Positions 25,224 through 35,657 of a DNA stretch of 64,000 nt are shown in pieces (the stretch's first letter is position 1; each line of letters opens with the position of its first letter). The DNA comes from Patescibacteria group bacterium (GTDB taxonomy: Bacteria; Patescibacteriota; Saccharimonadia; Saccharimonadales; UBA4665). The notes below the pieces were generated by a model, which made no database searches, was not told the origin of the DNA, and worked only from the letters and a program-made list of their open reading frames with translations. The position numbers were made by a program, and so were the translations under genes. The stretch covers positions 125,572-189,571 of the forward strand of contig JBBTTF010000001.1 in NCBI GenBank assembly GCA_038064375.1, read 5' to 3'.

Positions 25224-26423
25224 ATGTCTGACGAAATCGCCATCAAAGTCGACAACGTATCCAAGAACTTTGTTCTACCGCATGAGAAGGTTAGTTCCGT
25301 AAAGAGTCTGTTTACTAGCTCTACCAAGAAACGTGATAAAGGCAAAGAAACCCAGCATGCTCTAAAAGACATTTCATTCGAGATAAAAAAAGGTGAGTTC
25401 TTTGGCATCGTGGGGCGTAACGGCAGCGGTAAGAGCACACTTCTTAAGATACTTGCGGGTATCTATCAGCCTACTGTGGGCAGTGTTTCAACAAAAGGTA
25501 AGCTAGTACCTTTTATTGAGCTTGGAGTGGGTTTTAATCCAGAGCTAACCGGTCGAGAGAACGTTTATCTTAACGGCGCTCTACTCGGTTTCTCTAAAAA
25601 AGATCTAGACTCCATGTATGACGCTATAGTCGAGTTCGCTGAGCTTGAGAGGTTTATGGACCAAAAGCTAAAAAACTATTCATCAGGTATGCAGGTGCGT
25701 TTGGCCTTCTCGATGGCAACACGTGCGGAAGCGGACATTTTGCTAGTCGATGAGGTATTGGCTGTTGGTGATGCTGATTTTCAACGCAAGTGTTACAACT
25801 ACTTCCGTGAGCTCAAAAAGAATAAGAAAACTGTAGTGTTTGTTAGTCACGACATGGATGCCATCAAAGAATATTGCGACAAAGCTATTATGATCGAACA
25901 AAGCGTTTTGATATCTAGTGGAGCTCCATCTGATGTTGCGGTTGAGTACCAGCGCCTATTTACGGAGTCTGAGACTTCTGGTGGCAAAGATGGCACTGGC
26001 AAAAGATGGGGAGACGGGCATATTAAATTCAAATCAGTGGAACTCCACCCTACTGATCTAAAAACAGAGAAAGAACTAGAGATAACAGCATCGGCCGTTG
26101 CCCATGCAGACATAGATAACCCCATATTTGGTTTTTCAATTTCAAACTCTGCCGGACAAGAAATACTGGGCACCAATACCAAGATAAAACAAGTTCATGT
26201 ACCGCCAATGAAAAAAGGAGAAACACTCCAAATACATTGGAGTCTACCTCACATATTCGGAGATGGTAAATATTACGTTAACTTGGCTGTTGTCGAAGGA
26301 GACGGAATAACCAATTGCGACAACTGGCGAGAAGCAACAAGCTTCGATGTGTTTAAAGAAGAGCGCACCCCTTATGTAATTACACCAGATGTCAGTGTAC
26401 GTATAATGGGCCATAACAGATAG
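25224..26423 (+). CDS. wzt: polysaccharide ABC exporter ATP-binding protein with C-terminal glycan-binding-type extension (Wzt-like)
   Basis: Walker A is GRNGSGKST, the ABC signature is YSSGMQVRLAF, and Walker B is ILLVDEVLAVGD. An extra beta-rich domain of about 150 aa (aa 250-399) sits where the Wzt C-terminal carbohydrate-binding domains are found. Confidence 0.88.
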   Translation: MSDEIAIKVDNVSKNFVLPHEKVSSVKSLFTSSTKKRDKGKETQHALKDISFEIKKGEFFGIVGRNGSGKSTLLKILAGIYQPTVGSVSTKGKLVPFIELGVGFNPELTGRENVYLNGALLGFSKKDLDSMYDAIVEFAELERFMDQKLKNYSSGMQVRLAFSMATRAEADILLVDEVLAVGDADFQRKCYNYFRELKKNKKTVVFVSHDMDAIKEYCDKAIMIEQSVLISSGAPSDVAVEYQRLFTESETSGGKDGTGKRWGDGHIKFKSVELHPTDLKTEKELEITASAVAHADIDNPIFGFSISNSAGQEILGTNTKIKQVHVPPMKKGETLQIHWSLPHIFGDGKYYVNLAVVEGDGITNCDNWREATSFDVFKEERTPYVITPDVSVRIMGHNR

Positions 26424-26429
26424 CGCTTT

Positions 26430-27608
26430 ATGAAAAATCAGAGTAAGTCAGTTGCATTTGAGAACCTATTCATAGATGCCATGGTGCTGGCGCCTGAGAA
26501 AACTAGTGGCGTAGGCCACCTGACTCAACACTTGGTTGACGCTCTGATTGATAACAAGACTCTCGCTGCACACTATCGAGTACGTCTTGTGGTGCCGTTC
26601 AACAAGGCAAAAATGGTAAGGCAAAAATTTGGTGACAAGCAAGTTAACATTAAGAAATTATGGTTACCCGCAAGGGTAATTGAGTTGCTAGCGCGGCTAC
26701 ACCTACTCCCGCCAATAGATATCTTTCTGGGTAGAGGTGTATATCTATTCCCGAACTACAAGAACTGGCCTCTTGTAAGGTCTAAGTCCTACACTTATTT
26801 TCACGACCTCTCATTCATACAGCACCCCGAATACGTTCAGCCAAAAAATCTAAGGTATCTACAGAGACATGCAGAAAGTTGGATAAAACGCAGCTCCCAC
26901 GTACTTACAATTTCAAAGTTTTCAAAAGAGGCGATAGTCAAACATTACAGAATATCACCAGATAAGATTTCGATAGTGTATGCGGGTGTCGACACCAATA
27001 CCTTTAAACCTAAAACTTACAAAGAGATTGAACTTGTTTGCAAAAAATACAGTCTGCCCAGAAGTCCATACTTTCTCTTCATTGGCAATATAGAGCCGCG
27101 AAAAAACCTAGAACGCCTCGTTGAAGCCTATAGTATCTTGCCAACAGACATCAAAAATAAATACGGTCTAGTATTGATAGGCGGCGGCGGGTGGCTTAAT
27201 GATAAGCTTCTCAACAAGATTGCGAAATTACAAGAAAACGGTGACAATATTAAGATGCCGTCGAAATATGTTAGTGACGAAGACCTACCATCTATATATA
27301 GCGGCGCTACAGCCTTAATGCACCCAGCACTCTACGAAGGTTTTGGCATAACACCTATTGAGGCAATGGCTTGCTATACTCCTGTTGCCTTGTCTAAAAT
27401 TGAACCTATGATTGAAGTAACGAAAGGCGCGGCGTTACTTTTTAATCCGTATAGCGTGGATGCGATTAAAAACAGCATGCTTGACGTGGTCACTAATCGA
27501 GAGTTAAGAAAAGACTTGAAGCGTCGTGGAGCAAAACGTTCAAAAGAAATGGAATGGTCTAAAACTACTAGGCCTCTAGTCGATCTATTAATCAAGGACG
27601 CCAAATGA
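26430..27608 (+). CDS. GT4-family glycosyltransferase
   Basis: The motifs are FIGNIEPRKNLERLVEAY and HPALYEGFGITPIEAMACYTPV (E-x7-E). The protein is 392 aa. Confidence 0.8.
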   Translation: MKNQSKSVAFENLFIDAMVLAPEKTSGVGHLTQHLVDALIDNKTLAAHYRVRLVVPFNKAKMVRQKFGDKQVNIKKLWLPARVIELLARLHLLPPIDIFLGRGVYLFPNYKNWPLVRSKSYTYFHDLSFIQHPEYVQPKNLRYLQRHAESWIKRSSHVLTISKFSKEAIVKHYRISPDKISIVYAGVDTNTFKPKTYKEIELVCKKYSLPRSPYFLFIGNIEPRKNLERLVEAYSILPTDIKNKYGLVLIGGGGWLNDKLLNKIAKLQENGDNIKMPSKYVSDEDLPSIYSGATALMHPALYEGFGITPIEAMACYTPVALSKIEPMIEVTKGAALLFNPYSVDAIKNSMLDVVTNRELRKDLKRRGAKRSKEMEWSKTTRPLVDLLIKDAK

Positions 27609-28669
27609 TTAAGCCAAGAGTAAGCTACGCACAAAATCGTGAAGATATAATTCTTGACGGACTAGTTAAGGGTGCAAAAAAAGGTTTTTACGTAGATGTT
27701 GGAGCCAATCACTCGGTACTAGATTCGGTTACAAAGCTTTTCTACGACAGGGGCTGGAACGGTATTAATATAGAGCCTGCTCATGACTTGTGTGCACTAC
27801 TTAAGCTCAGTAGGCCTCGCGACATCAATCTTGAATATGGTGTTTCTGATAAAACAAGTGAACTTACCTTCAGGGAGTACTTATTGGGTGATGGACTTTC
27901 AACCTTCTCAGATGAAGTGCAAAAAATATATGAAAATGACGAGCATTATCGATACTTTGCCAAAGAGTACGTTGACCACAAAGTCCCAGTAACAACACTT
28001 GCTAAGCTATTGAAAGAGCATGCAAAAGATAAGAAAATTGACTTTATGAAGATAGATGTAGAGGGCTATGAGTATGAAGTTGTAGCCGGCAATGACTGGA
28101 CTAAGTATCGCCCAGTCATACTTTGCATAGAGGCCAATCATGTCGTTAGGGATTGGCATCCAATGATTAAGGACGCTGGGTATGAACTTGTTTTCTGGGA
28201 TGGCCTAAATGAATATTTTGTCGCAAAAGAGCACAAGCAACTCACCAAGGATTTTTCGTATGCAGATTCTGTATTCCTAGGAGAGCCTTTTGTTAGTTGG
28301 GGCGAATACAAAACACGTCAAGACTTTGAGAGCGAGAAAGCTATTCTTAAGCTTGAGTTGTCGAGAAAAGATAAAGAGATCACCAACTTAAAACAGGGCC
28401 TTGTAAGCAGCGTCGCTCACCGGGATACGTCAAAGATAAAGCGAGGCCTTCTAAAAGTGGACAGGAAACTTAACAGCATGCTTACGACAGAAGTATCTGA
28501 GCCTGCCCATGATGTAGGAGTTGATCCAACGACATTACCCGAGCTTAGCGCTCAATTACGGGATCAATTGATTCAAACAAAGCCATCAAGAAAAGCAGCA
28601 AAAAACCTTGCGCATAAAAGCTATGGTAAAAGTAAGGACGCACTAAAACATGTAAGGCACAAGAAATGA
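27605..28669 (+). CDS. FkbM-family SAM-dependent methyltransferase with C-terminal coiled-coil/basic extension
   Basis: The FkbM-type motifs are FYVDVGANHSVLDSVTKLF and IDFMKIDVEGYEYEVV. The last ~120 aa (ESEKAILKLELSRKDKEITNLKQG and onwards, ending KHVRHKK) are helical and basic. An ATGA overlap links it to the upstream GT. Confidence 0.75.
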   Translation: MIKPRVSYAQNREDIILDGLVKGAKKGFYVDVGANHSVLDSVTKLFYDRGWNGINIEPAHDLCALLKLSRPRDINLEYGVSDKTSELTFREYLLGDGLSTFSDEVQKIYENDEHYRYFAKEYVDHKVPVTTLAKLLKEHAKDKKIDFMKIDVEGYEYEVVAGNDWTKYRPVILCIEANHVVRDWHPMIKDAGYELVFWDGLNEYFVAKEHKQLTKDFSYADSVFLGEPFVSWGEYKTRQDFESEKAILKLELSRKDKEITNLKQGLVSSVAHRDTSKIKRGLLKVDRKLNSMLTTEVSEPAHDVGVDPTTLPELSAQLRDQLIQTKPSRKAAKNLAHKSYGKSKDALKHVRHKK

Positions 28670-30429
28670 GCATGAATAATTCGAACAAGCCACTCATTAT
28701 TGATGCACAGCTTCTTCAAACAACAGCGTGGGACAGGGGAATGGGGCACTACTGCCGCTCCTTAATAGAGGCATTTGGTAAGACCGAAGACAGCAATAAT
28801 GTAACAATAATTGTTAATAAGCACCTGCATCTGGACGAACAAAGAAAGACACAAATTCAAGACCTTTTGCCTAAGGCTACACTGGCTATCTTGGACTTAC
28901 CTACCTTAAGTGGCAATATTGAAAGAACGAAACACATTGCCACTCAAAAGCTAGACAAGTTTATAAAAGAAAAATATCGAGAAGAGGAAGTTAATTTCTT
29001 AATACTACAGCTCTTTACGTTTGATTATTGCGCGGCCTTTCCTACATCAGCAAATAAATTTGTATTGTGCTACGATCTTATACCTTTATTGAATTGGCAG
29101 AAATTTTCAAACTACTTCGCTCCTCACATGTATTTCCCGCATCTAGTAACGCTACTCGAAGCGAACACCGTGTTGGCGATCTCAAACACTACAAAACAAC
29201 AGCTACAAGACCAGCTATCAATAAATAAAGACAGAATTGTTGTTATCAACGGTGCCTATATAGAACGACAGCCGATAATAGAGTTTGCTCTTGTTGATAG
29301 AGGCACGCCCTTTATATTAATGCCAACTGCCGATTTACCCCACAAGAATAATGAAGTAGCAGTCAAGGCATTCGAACAATTTAATAGAGAGCTGGGGGGT
29401 ATCTTCAAGCTTGTAATCACGTCTGAGATTTCTGAGGACACACAACAGCTACTAAATTGCTATTCTGACAATCTGATTTTCAGTGGCAATATAAGTGATC
29501 AGCAACTCGAGTACCTATATCAAAAAAGTCACGCAGTACTATTCTTGTCATCTGTTGAGGGTCTTGGGCTTCCGATACTAGAGGCAATAAATAGCAACAA
29601 GCCGGTAGTATGCTCGAACATCCCAGTTTTCGAAGAGATTTCGCAGAGCGCATTTTATTACTGTGACCCCAAACAGTCAGACTCAGTTGCAAGCGCTCTT
29701 AGGGCGGCAGTCATACAGTCTGGATGGGAGAACAAACAGCCCGAATACAATAGAATACGTATAAAATACACTTGGATGAACAGCGCCAAGCAGCTAGTCG
29801 GCAGCTTGAAAAATAAACAAGTGGCTGTCGAGAAAAAAAAGAAGCGCAAAATAAACATTGCATTACCACACCCCTCCAGTACAAGTAGCAGCCTAGGTGC
29901 CATTGCCCAATCTTTAGTCCCTGCTTTAAAAGACGCATTCGAGATAAATTCATTCGTATCAAGCGACAAGTATGTCAATGAAAACGTAATGCCTTTGTTC
30001 TTAGATTATATGACTACGGTCGAACCTATTGAGAAGATATTGGACACAAAAAACCCATCAGTTTATTTTATCGATCGTTCTTCTGCTAGCAGAGATGTTC
30101 TAAGAATGGCAATTTTACGGCCTGGCGTATGTTTCATTACTACCAAAGACACCACTCAGCTATTAGAATACCTTGCTCAAACCGGCCAAATTACTAACAA
30201 GCTTGCTTCTGCTGGCGGACGAATAGCTAAGAACAACTTAGCAGGTATTTTGACTCAAACCGGCAACAAGGTTTACTTGCTTGATGCTGAAGGAGCTAAC
30301 ATCAGCAGCGGTCAGGACAATAACACTAAGTCTTACACACAGACGGATGATAGATGGGGATTGGCACAGACAATAATTCAACAAGTCATGAAAAAGACAG
30401 AAGAACAAGGCGGGGGCGCCGATGACTAA
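28666..30429 (+). CDS. glycosyltransferase (GT4-like N-terminal ~380 aa) with ~200-aa C-terminal domain of unknown function
   Basis: The motifs are LPHKNNEVAVKAFEQF and LSSVEGLGLPILEAINSNKPVVCSNIPVFEEI. The protein is 587 aa. An ATGA overlap links it to the methyltransferase gene. Confidence 0.65.
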   Translation: MSMNNSNKPLIIDAQLLQTTAWDRGMGHYCRSLIEAFGKTEDSNNVTIIVNKHLHLDEQRKTQIQDLLPKATLAILDLPTLSGNIERTKHIATQKLDKFIKEKYREEEVNFLILQLFTFDYCAAFPTSANKFVLCYDLIPLLNWQKFSNYFAPHMYFPHLVTLLEANTVLAISNTTKQQLQDQLSINKDRIVVINGAYIERQPIIEFALVDRGTPFILMPTADLPHKNNEVAVKAFEQFNRELGGIFKLVITSEISEDTQQLLNCYSDNLIFSGNISDQQLEYLYQKSHAVLFLSSVEGLGLPILEAINSNKPVVCSNIPVFEEISQSAFYYCDPKQSDSVASALRAAVIQSGWENKQPEYNRIRIKYTWMNSAKQLVGSLKNKQVAVEKKKKRKINIALPHPSSTSSSLGAIAQSLVPALKDAFEINSFVSSDKYVNENVMPLFLDYMTTVEPIEKILDTKNPSVYFIDRSSASRDVLRMAILRPGVCFITTKDTTQLLEYLAQTGQITNKLASAGGRIAKNNLAGILTQTGNKVYLLDAEGANISSGQDNNTKSYTQTDDRWGLAQTIIQQVMKKTEEQGGGADD

Positions 30430-31636
30430 CAAACGCGTTCTCGTGGTCTCAACTTATCCTATCAAAGACCCTAAGCATGGCGGGCAAAAGCGCCTGAATG
30501 CTATTTTTCAGCAGTACAAAGAAAACTTTAAGTCTGCAAAATTTGCAGCTGTCTTTTACAAGGGCTTTTACTCAACATACGGCCCAAATGACATACACAT
30601 TAGTTTGCAGACAGAATCGAAAATCCAGAGATCGCCATACACAAGCGATATAATCTGCGGAGAAGCAATCTATAATGACGCCAGAGTCCGTAAAAAATTC
30701 ACAAAACTACTCCTTGCATACAAGCCAGACATAATTCATATCGAACAGCCATATCCATATGCGGGACTCAAGCCGCTACTACAAGACTTAGGCATGCGCC
30801 CCAAAATTATTTTTGGTTCTCAGAATATTGAGGCACCCATGAAGCGAGAAATACTTGAAGGAGTAGGCGTCGACAAAAAGGATATTCGGGAAGCAGAACG
30901 CACGATATTTAATCTCGAGTCCGAGTTGTCGCGGAAGAGTGACCTAGTCATAGCCTGTACAGATGGTGACATGACAGCTCACAAAAAGATGGGCGCTAAG
31001 AGGGTGGTTTTGGCACAGAATGGTATAGCGCCTATTCAGTATTCAGCACAATCTTTAAGATACTGGCAAAGACGGTTTAAAAAGAAACACATTGCAAGGA
31101 ATGTGTTATTTGTGGGCAGTGCCCATCCTCCTAATTGGACTGGATTTTTCGACATGATAGGTAAAGGTCTGGGGTTTGTGCCCCATGATACGAGAATAGT
31201 AATTGCTGGTAGTATCTGTGACTACTTCGACCAAAATATTAAAGAGAATTCGCTCAACATAGAAGATGCAACCTTTTGGTTGAGGGCCTTTTCAGCTGGT
31301 CGGTTGAGCGAAGATAGGCTTGGTGCATTGATAGAACTAGCAGACGTTATAGTGTTGCCGATAACTGAGGGCGGAGGCTCCAACCTTAAGACAGCAGAGG
31401 CAATAATTGCAAATAAAAAAGTCGTCGCAACAACCCATGCGCTGCGATCATATGAGTGGTTTGAAGACTTTCCGAATGTTTGGGTTGCAAGTACGCAAGC
31501 CGAATTCCAAAAGGGTATTATTCAGGCTCTCAACACCCCTTACGTAAAACGTTCAAGTGAACAAAACCGACTTGCTGAGCGAGTTGAGTGGCGACATCGA
31601 TTATCTGATATGGTAGAGGACGTAAGCAGCATATGA
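30422..31636 (+). CDS. putative glycosyltransferase (GT-B fold)
   Basis: The motifs are VLVVSTYPIKDPKHGGQKRLNAI and LPITEGGGSNLKTAEAIIANKKVVATTHALRSYE. It sits inside the GT operon and overlaps both neighbours. Confidence 0.5.
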   Translation: MTNKRVLVVSTYPIKDPKHGGQKRLNAIFQQYKENFKSAKFAAVFYKGFYSTYGPNDIHISLQTESKIQRSPYTSDIICGEAIYNDARVRKKFTKLLLAYKPDIIHIEQPYPYAGLKPLLQDLGMRPKIIFGSQNIEAPMKREILEGVGVDKKDIREAERTIFNLESELSRKSDLVIACTDGDMTAHKKMGAKRVVLAQNGIAPIQYSAQSLRYWQRRFKKKHIARNVLFVGSAHPPNWTGFFDMIGKGLGFVPHDTRIVIAGSICDYFDQNIKENSLNIEDATFWLRAFSAGRLSEDRLGALIELADVIVLPITEGGGSNLKTAEAIIANKKVVATTHALRSYEWFEDFPNVWVASTQAEFQKGIIQALNTPYVKRSSEQNRLAERVEWRHRLSDMVEDVSSI

Positions 31637-32973
31637 AAAGAATATTAATAGACCTTACTGACCTAGAGCTTTGGAGCGGGCATCATGGAGGCACCCAGAG
31701 GGTTGTCTACGGGATTGCTAGTAACTATTATCTGCACCAAGAATCCCTAGACGATAAAGTTGTGTTCATTGCTTTCTCAGCACGTCATAAAAGATTTTAT
31801 GAGACTAGCTTTAAGCCAATATATGAGCGAGTAGAGTCACTTAAGGCGGCCACTCCCACGAGTGTCTCGGCGACGCCTTCACTAAAAGGTAGGCTTAAGC
31901 ATGGCATAAGGCCTTTTGTTCCAAAGATTGTTCGCCGAAACGATGCGGCAAAAAAAATGGTTAGGGGATCTATGAAGGTTGTGCGGCATACCGTGGTTGC
32001 TGTTAGGGCAGGCTCATCCTCGCGCAGACTAAAAATTGGCAACTCTTCAAACGGCCAAGTGGTGTTTAGTAGAAACGACACTGTATTAATGTTGGGCAAG
32101 CCATGGGACGATCTAAATATTCAAAAGAAACTTACCGAAGAAAAGTCTAAAACTAACTTCAAGTTAGTTCAAGTAGTCTATGATTTGATAATTCCCCTCT
32201 ACCCAAACTTGCACCACCCAGATATCTTTGCTGCTTACACGCAACACATGTTTGAGGCAGTGGCCACGTCGGATCTATTATTGCCAATATCGAATTCTTC
32301 AGCGAATGACTTGAGGAAGTTTTGTAAACGCCTGAGCTTACCAATACCTGAGATTAAAGTCATAAGGCTAGGGGATGAAATTATAGATATTGTTAGTAAA
32401 AAGAAACCGGACCAACGCATAAAAGAGGACTTCATCGCATGTGTAGGCACTGTAGAGATACGTAAGAACCACACCCTACTTTTCTATGCTTACAAGCTTG
32501 GCCTTGAGCGTGGTTTAGAACTGCCTCAGCTGGTTATAGTTGGAGGGAAGGGATGGTTAACCGGAGACCTCCAATATATCTTAAAGAATGACCCAGCGCT
32601 TAAAGACAAGATAATCATTCTAAATAATATAAACGACTCTGGGCTGAGCTGGATATACGAAAATTGTCGATTCACAGTGTATCCAAGTATGTACGAAGGC
32701 TGGGGTTTGCCCGTTGCTGAATCGCTAGCTCACGGCAAAATGTGCGTGGCTTCTAAATCTTCTTCAATACCAGAGATAGCAGGAGAGCTGATTGATTACT
32801 TTTCACCATATAACTCTGAAGAGTGCCTTAACGTTATCAGCAGGCACCTAGATGCAAGCTTAGTTCAGTCCAAAGAACAGGCAATAAAGGCTAAGTACGG
32901 CATTACAACGTGGAACGATACATTTAATTTTGTCAATAAGTCGATCTCTAGCCTGCAGACCAAACTAGATTAA
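31633..32973 (+). CDS. GT4-family glycosyltransferase
   Basis: The motifs are VGTVEIRKNHTLLFYAYKL and YPSMYEGWGLPVAESLAHGKMCVASKSSSIPEIAG. The protein is 446 aa. Confidence 0.78.
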   Translation: MKRILIDLTDLELWSGHHGGTQRVVYGIASNYYLHQESLDDKVVFIAFSARHKRFYETSFKPIYERVESLKAATPTSVSATPSLKGRLKHGIRPFVPKIVRRNDAAKKMVRGSMKVVRHTVVAVRAGSSSRRLKIGNSSNGQVVFSRNDTVLMLGKPWDDLNIQKKLTEEKSKTNFKLVQVVYDLIIPLYPNLHHPDIFAAYTQHMFEAVATSDLLLPISNSSANDLRKFCKRLSLPIPEIKVIRLGDEIIDIVSKKKPDQRIKEDFIACVGTVEIRKNHTLLFYAYKLGLERGLELPQLVIVGGKGWLTGDLQYILKNDPALKDKIIILNNINDSGLSWIYENCRFTVYPSMYEGWGLPVAESLAHGKMCVASKSSSIPEIAGELIDYFSPYNSEECLNVISRHLDASLVQSKEQAIKAKYGITTWNDTFNFVNKSISSLQTKLD

Positions 32974-34883
32974 TTTGTTAGTTCGACCTTAATGTTAGGC
33001 GTTTGTTCCAGACTGGTTTTTAGCCCGGCGTAGTTAATACTCGATGCTAGTACAAAATATTGTTGACTCGGGTTTTCTTTAGCACATGAGCGTATAAGGT
33101 CGGTTAGCTTACTATCCTGACTCGAAATCTGATACCAAGTTATTGTTTTCTCGCAAAAGGTATATTCACGGGACATCATGTTGAGAAAGTGTGTTGTTAT
33201 CACGTCCTCTTCGTAATTCAGATGTTTGGTAACTATGATGTTTCCTCTCGCTCCACCTCCGTTTATCAGTACATCTGACACCTGGCTGGCGGTGTACGGA
33301 GACAGATTTCTAAATGCCCCATCTATATATTTTAAGTTCAGGAGATTCATATTGCTTGCCACAGGCACAAAAGCCAGTAAGGATGCAGTAAATATGAAAG
33401 CGCCCATGACGCCTACTTGTGGCTTGATTTTTTCGGCGAACAGAACAAATACGCTACCTACTAACACGGCGAGCAACATAAAAGGCAGAAACGAAAGCTT
33501 TACAGAGTAGTAGGTCTGTCTGCCAGCACTAATAAATTGATAGAAGTAAATGCCGCTTGTAAGCAACAAACTTCCGCTCAGTGCTGCAGCGAAAGTTTTT
33601 TTAAGTGCAGAACTTTTGGTTATGTATATCAGAACCATCGCAATAACAAAAAGACCAAAAAGTATAGTGTAGTTGGTTGGAGCAATCCCACCGTCCTCAT
33701 TAAGTTGATTAACTTTAGTGCTATACAAAATTTGCAAAATTCCCTGAATTGAAGCTAAGCCCAGAAGTAATAATGTGCCTGCAACGACAGGTAGACTACT
33801 GACGAACCATTTGAAAGCAGCCTTGAAGTCTTCAGAAAATATGCTCAACAGACCCATGAGTACAAGTATGTACCCAACTGGGGCTGCTAGTAGCCAGGAA
33901 AAGCCCATACCCCCTGAGATAATTAGACCAGAAATCCAGAACCTATTGGCCTTAACACGCAATCCCGTAGAATCCCTTAAGGAAGCAAACAAAAGCACGG
34001 TTAAGGACAGCAGGTAAAGCATCGGGGCTAAAAAGTTTGCGAAGCCATACTGCTGTATGCCAAAGAAAAGGAACAGCTCAGCAATAGAAGTAAAGCCGAT
34101 TCCGGCCAAGAGCCCGACACTAGAAAGTCTTGATCCTAACACCTCCTCGGTAACCATAAATAGAAGGCGACAGAAGATGAATACAAGAGCGCCGTACCAC
34201 ATCTGCACAGTCAAGAAATACATAAGTAAAAGCTTGGTAGGGTGTTCCTTGGCGCTTATAGTTGAATCAATAGCTCTCCAAACTATCGAGTTCGAGAGGT
34301 GCCATCCTTGTGGGTAAGAAGTGAAATCACGATAAAGTATCTTTGGTACAACTGACTTTGCTTCTCCATAGGCATAGCCTTGATTGTCGTACACCGATAA
34401 TGTCATGGAAATATGAGTTGTGTGATCAAACCCAGTAGTGCTATAGCGAATAAGCTGTTGTAGAATTGGCCCGCCATGGAGAGTGCCTAGAGTCATAATT
34501 CCGACACTTGCCGCGCTTACAAGTAGGGCTGCAATATCTGTTCGACTAACTAGAGTTACCGCCACCTCACCGCTGCCTCTTAATCGCATACGCATCAGGA
34601 GTAAGTATGCTAACACTTGCGCTACAACTACATAAGGCACCGTCAAGCGTAGATTTAGAGCCCAAAAAACTATGGCAAGTATCTGCTGAGAAGCTGTTAT
34701 TAACGTAAAAGCAAGCACTAATCTTAAGAGAAACGAATCTATCTTTTTTGAAAATGGCCAATAAACTGCCCACAGAATAACGCAGAACATAAGCGCCAAT
34801 AGCTTAAAGGGCGTAAAAGATAAGCACACCAATACAATGCTAATAACTGCGGCAGATTTAGTATTTGATAAATTAGTCAACAT
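32970..34883 (-). CDS. large polytopic membrane protein (>=12 TM), possible GT-C-type extracytoplasmic glycosyltransferase
   Basis: 637 aa and almost entirely hydrophobic helices, with a C-terminal soluble domain of about 130 aa. No motif recognised. The functional suggestion comes only from the neighbouring GT2 and GtrA genes. Confidence 0.35.
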   Translation of the reverse strand: MLTNLSNTKSAAVISIVLVCLSFTPFKLLALMFCVILWAVYWPFSKKIDSFLLRLVLAFTLITASQQILAIVFWALNLRLTVPYVVVAQVLAYLLLMRMRLRGSGEVAVTLVSRTDIAALLVSAASVGIMTLGTLHGGPILQQLIRYSTTGFDHTTHISMTLSVYDNQGYAYGEAKSVVPKILYRDFTSYPQGWHLSNSIVWRAIDSTISAKEHPTKLLLMYFLTVQMWYGALVFIFCRLLFMVTEEVLGSRLSSVGLLAGIGFTSIAELFLFFGIQQYGFANFLAPMLYLLSLTVLLFASLRDSTGLRVKANRFWISGLIISGGMGFSWLLAAPVGYILVLMGLLSIFSEDFKAAFKWFVSSLPVVAGTLLLLGLASIQGILQILYSTKVNQLNEDGGIAPTNYTILFGLFVIAMVLIYITKSSALKKTFAAALSGSLLLTSGIYFYQFISAGRQTYYSVKLSFLPFMLLAVLVGSVFVLFAEKIKPQVGVMGAFIFTASLLAFVPVASNMNLLNLKYIDGAFRNLSPYTASQVSDVLINGGGARGNIIVTKHLNYEEDVITTHFLNMMSREYTFCEKTITWYQISSQDSKLTDLIRSCAKENPSQQYFVLASSINYAGLKTSLEQTPNIKVELTN

Positions 34884-34961
34884 GACAACATTTGGTTAAA
34901 TAGCTCAACATTGAGTATTATAATCGTAAGACTTAGATTAGCATAGAAACGCGGAGGACTT

Positions 34962-35657
34962 TTGAGTAAAACTACATTTGCATATACTGGCTGTGAAAAC
35001 TTGGAAGTTATGGCAGATGCCGACAACTACAATAATTTCTTAGTTGAACTTGTGGCCAGCCAGCTTAATGGTAAAGGATCAGGCAAGGTGCTTGATTTTG
35101 GCGCTGGCACAGGAACGTACGCAAAGATGCTTAGTAAGAAAGGTGTCAAAATTGATTGTCTGGAGCCAGATGCTTCACTTCAGAAAGCGCTCAAAAAAGA
35201 CGGTTTCAATGTCCTGAAGGGCTCTAATGAGCTTAAGGCCAACACTTACGATCTTATATATTCATTGAATGTGTTTGAGCACATAGAAGACGATTTTGCA
35301 GAAGTTGCCAAGCTCCAGAAAGCGCTCAAAAAAGGTGGCCGACTGGTTATATATGTTCCCGCTTATCAAATATTATTTTCCTCGATGGACAAGCAGGTTG
35401 GACACTTCAGGCGTTATAGAGCTAAGAGACTAAGGATGATGGCTGAGCACGCAGGCATTAATATTAATAGACTTGCGTACTATGACCCAATTGGTTTCTT
35501 TGCAGCATTTGCGTACAGACTCTTTGGCGGCGGCGGAGTTCTTAATCCTAAGTCTGTTCGTCTGTATGATAAGTATGCGTTCCCTTTCAGCAAAACGCTT
35601 CATCCAGTAACCAAAAAGTTTATAGGCAAGAATGCAATCTTGGTCGCTGAAAAATGA
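34962..35657 (+). CDS. class I SAM-dependent methyltransferase
   Basis: The TTG start is preceded by GGAGGA. Motif I is VLDFGAGTGTYA, and the post-I/II motifs are DLIYSLNVFEHIED and GGRLVIYVP. Confidence 0.8.
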   Translation: MSKTTFAYTGCENLEVMADADNYNNFLVELVASQLNGKGSGKVLDFGAGTGTYAKMLSKKGVKIDCLEPDASLQKALKKDGFNVLKGSNELKANTYDLIYSLNVFEHIEDDFAEVAKLQKALKKGGRLVIYVPAYQILFSSMDKQVGHFRRYRAKRLRMMAEHAGININRLAYYDPIGFFAAFAYRLFGGGGVLNPKSVRLYDKYAFPFSKTLHPVTKKFIGKNAILVAEK

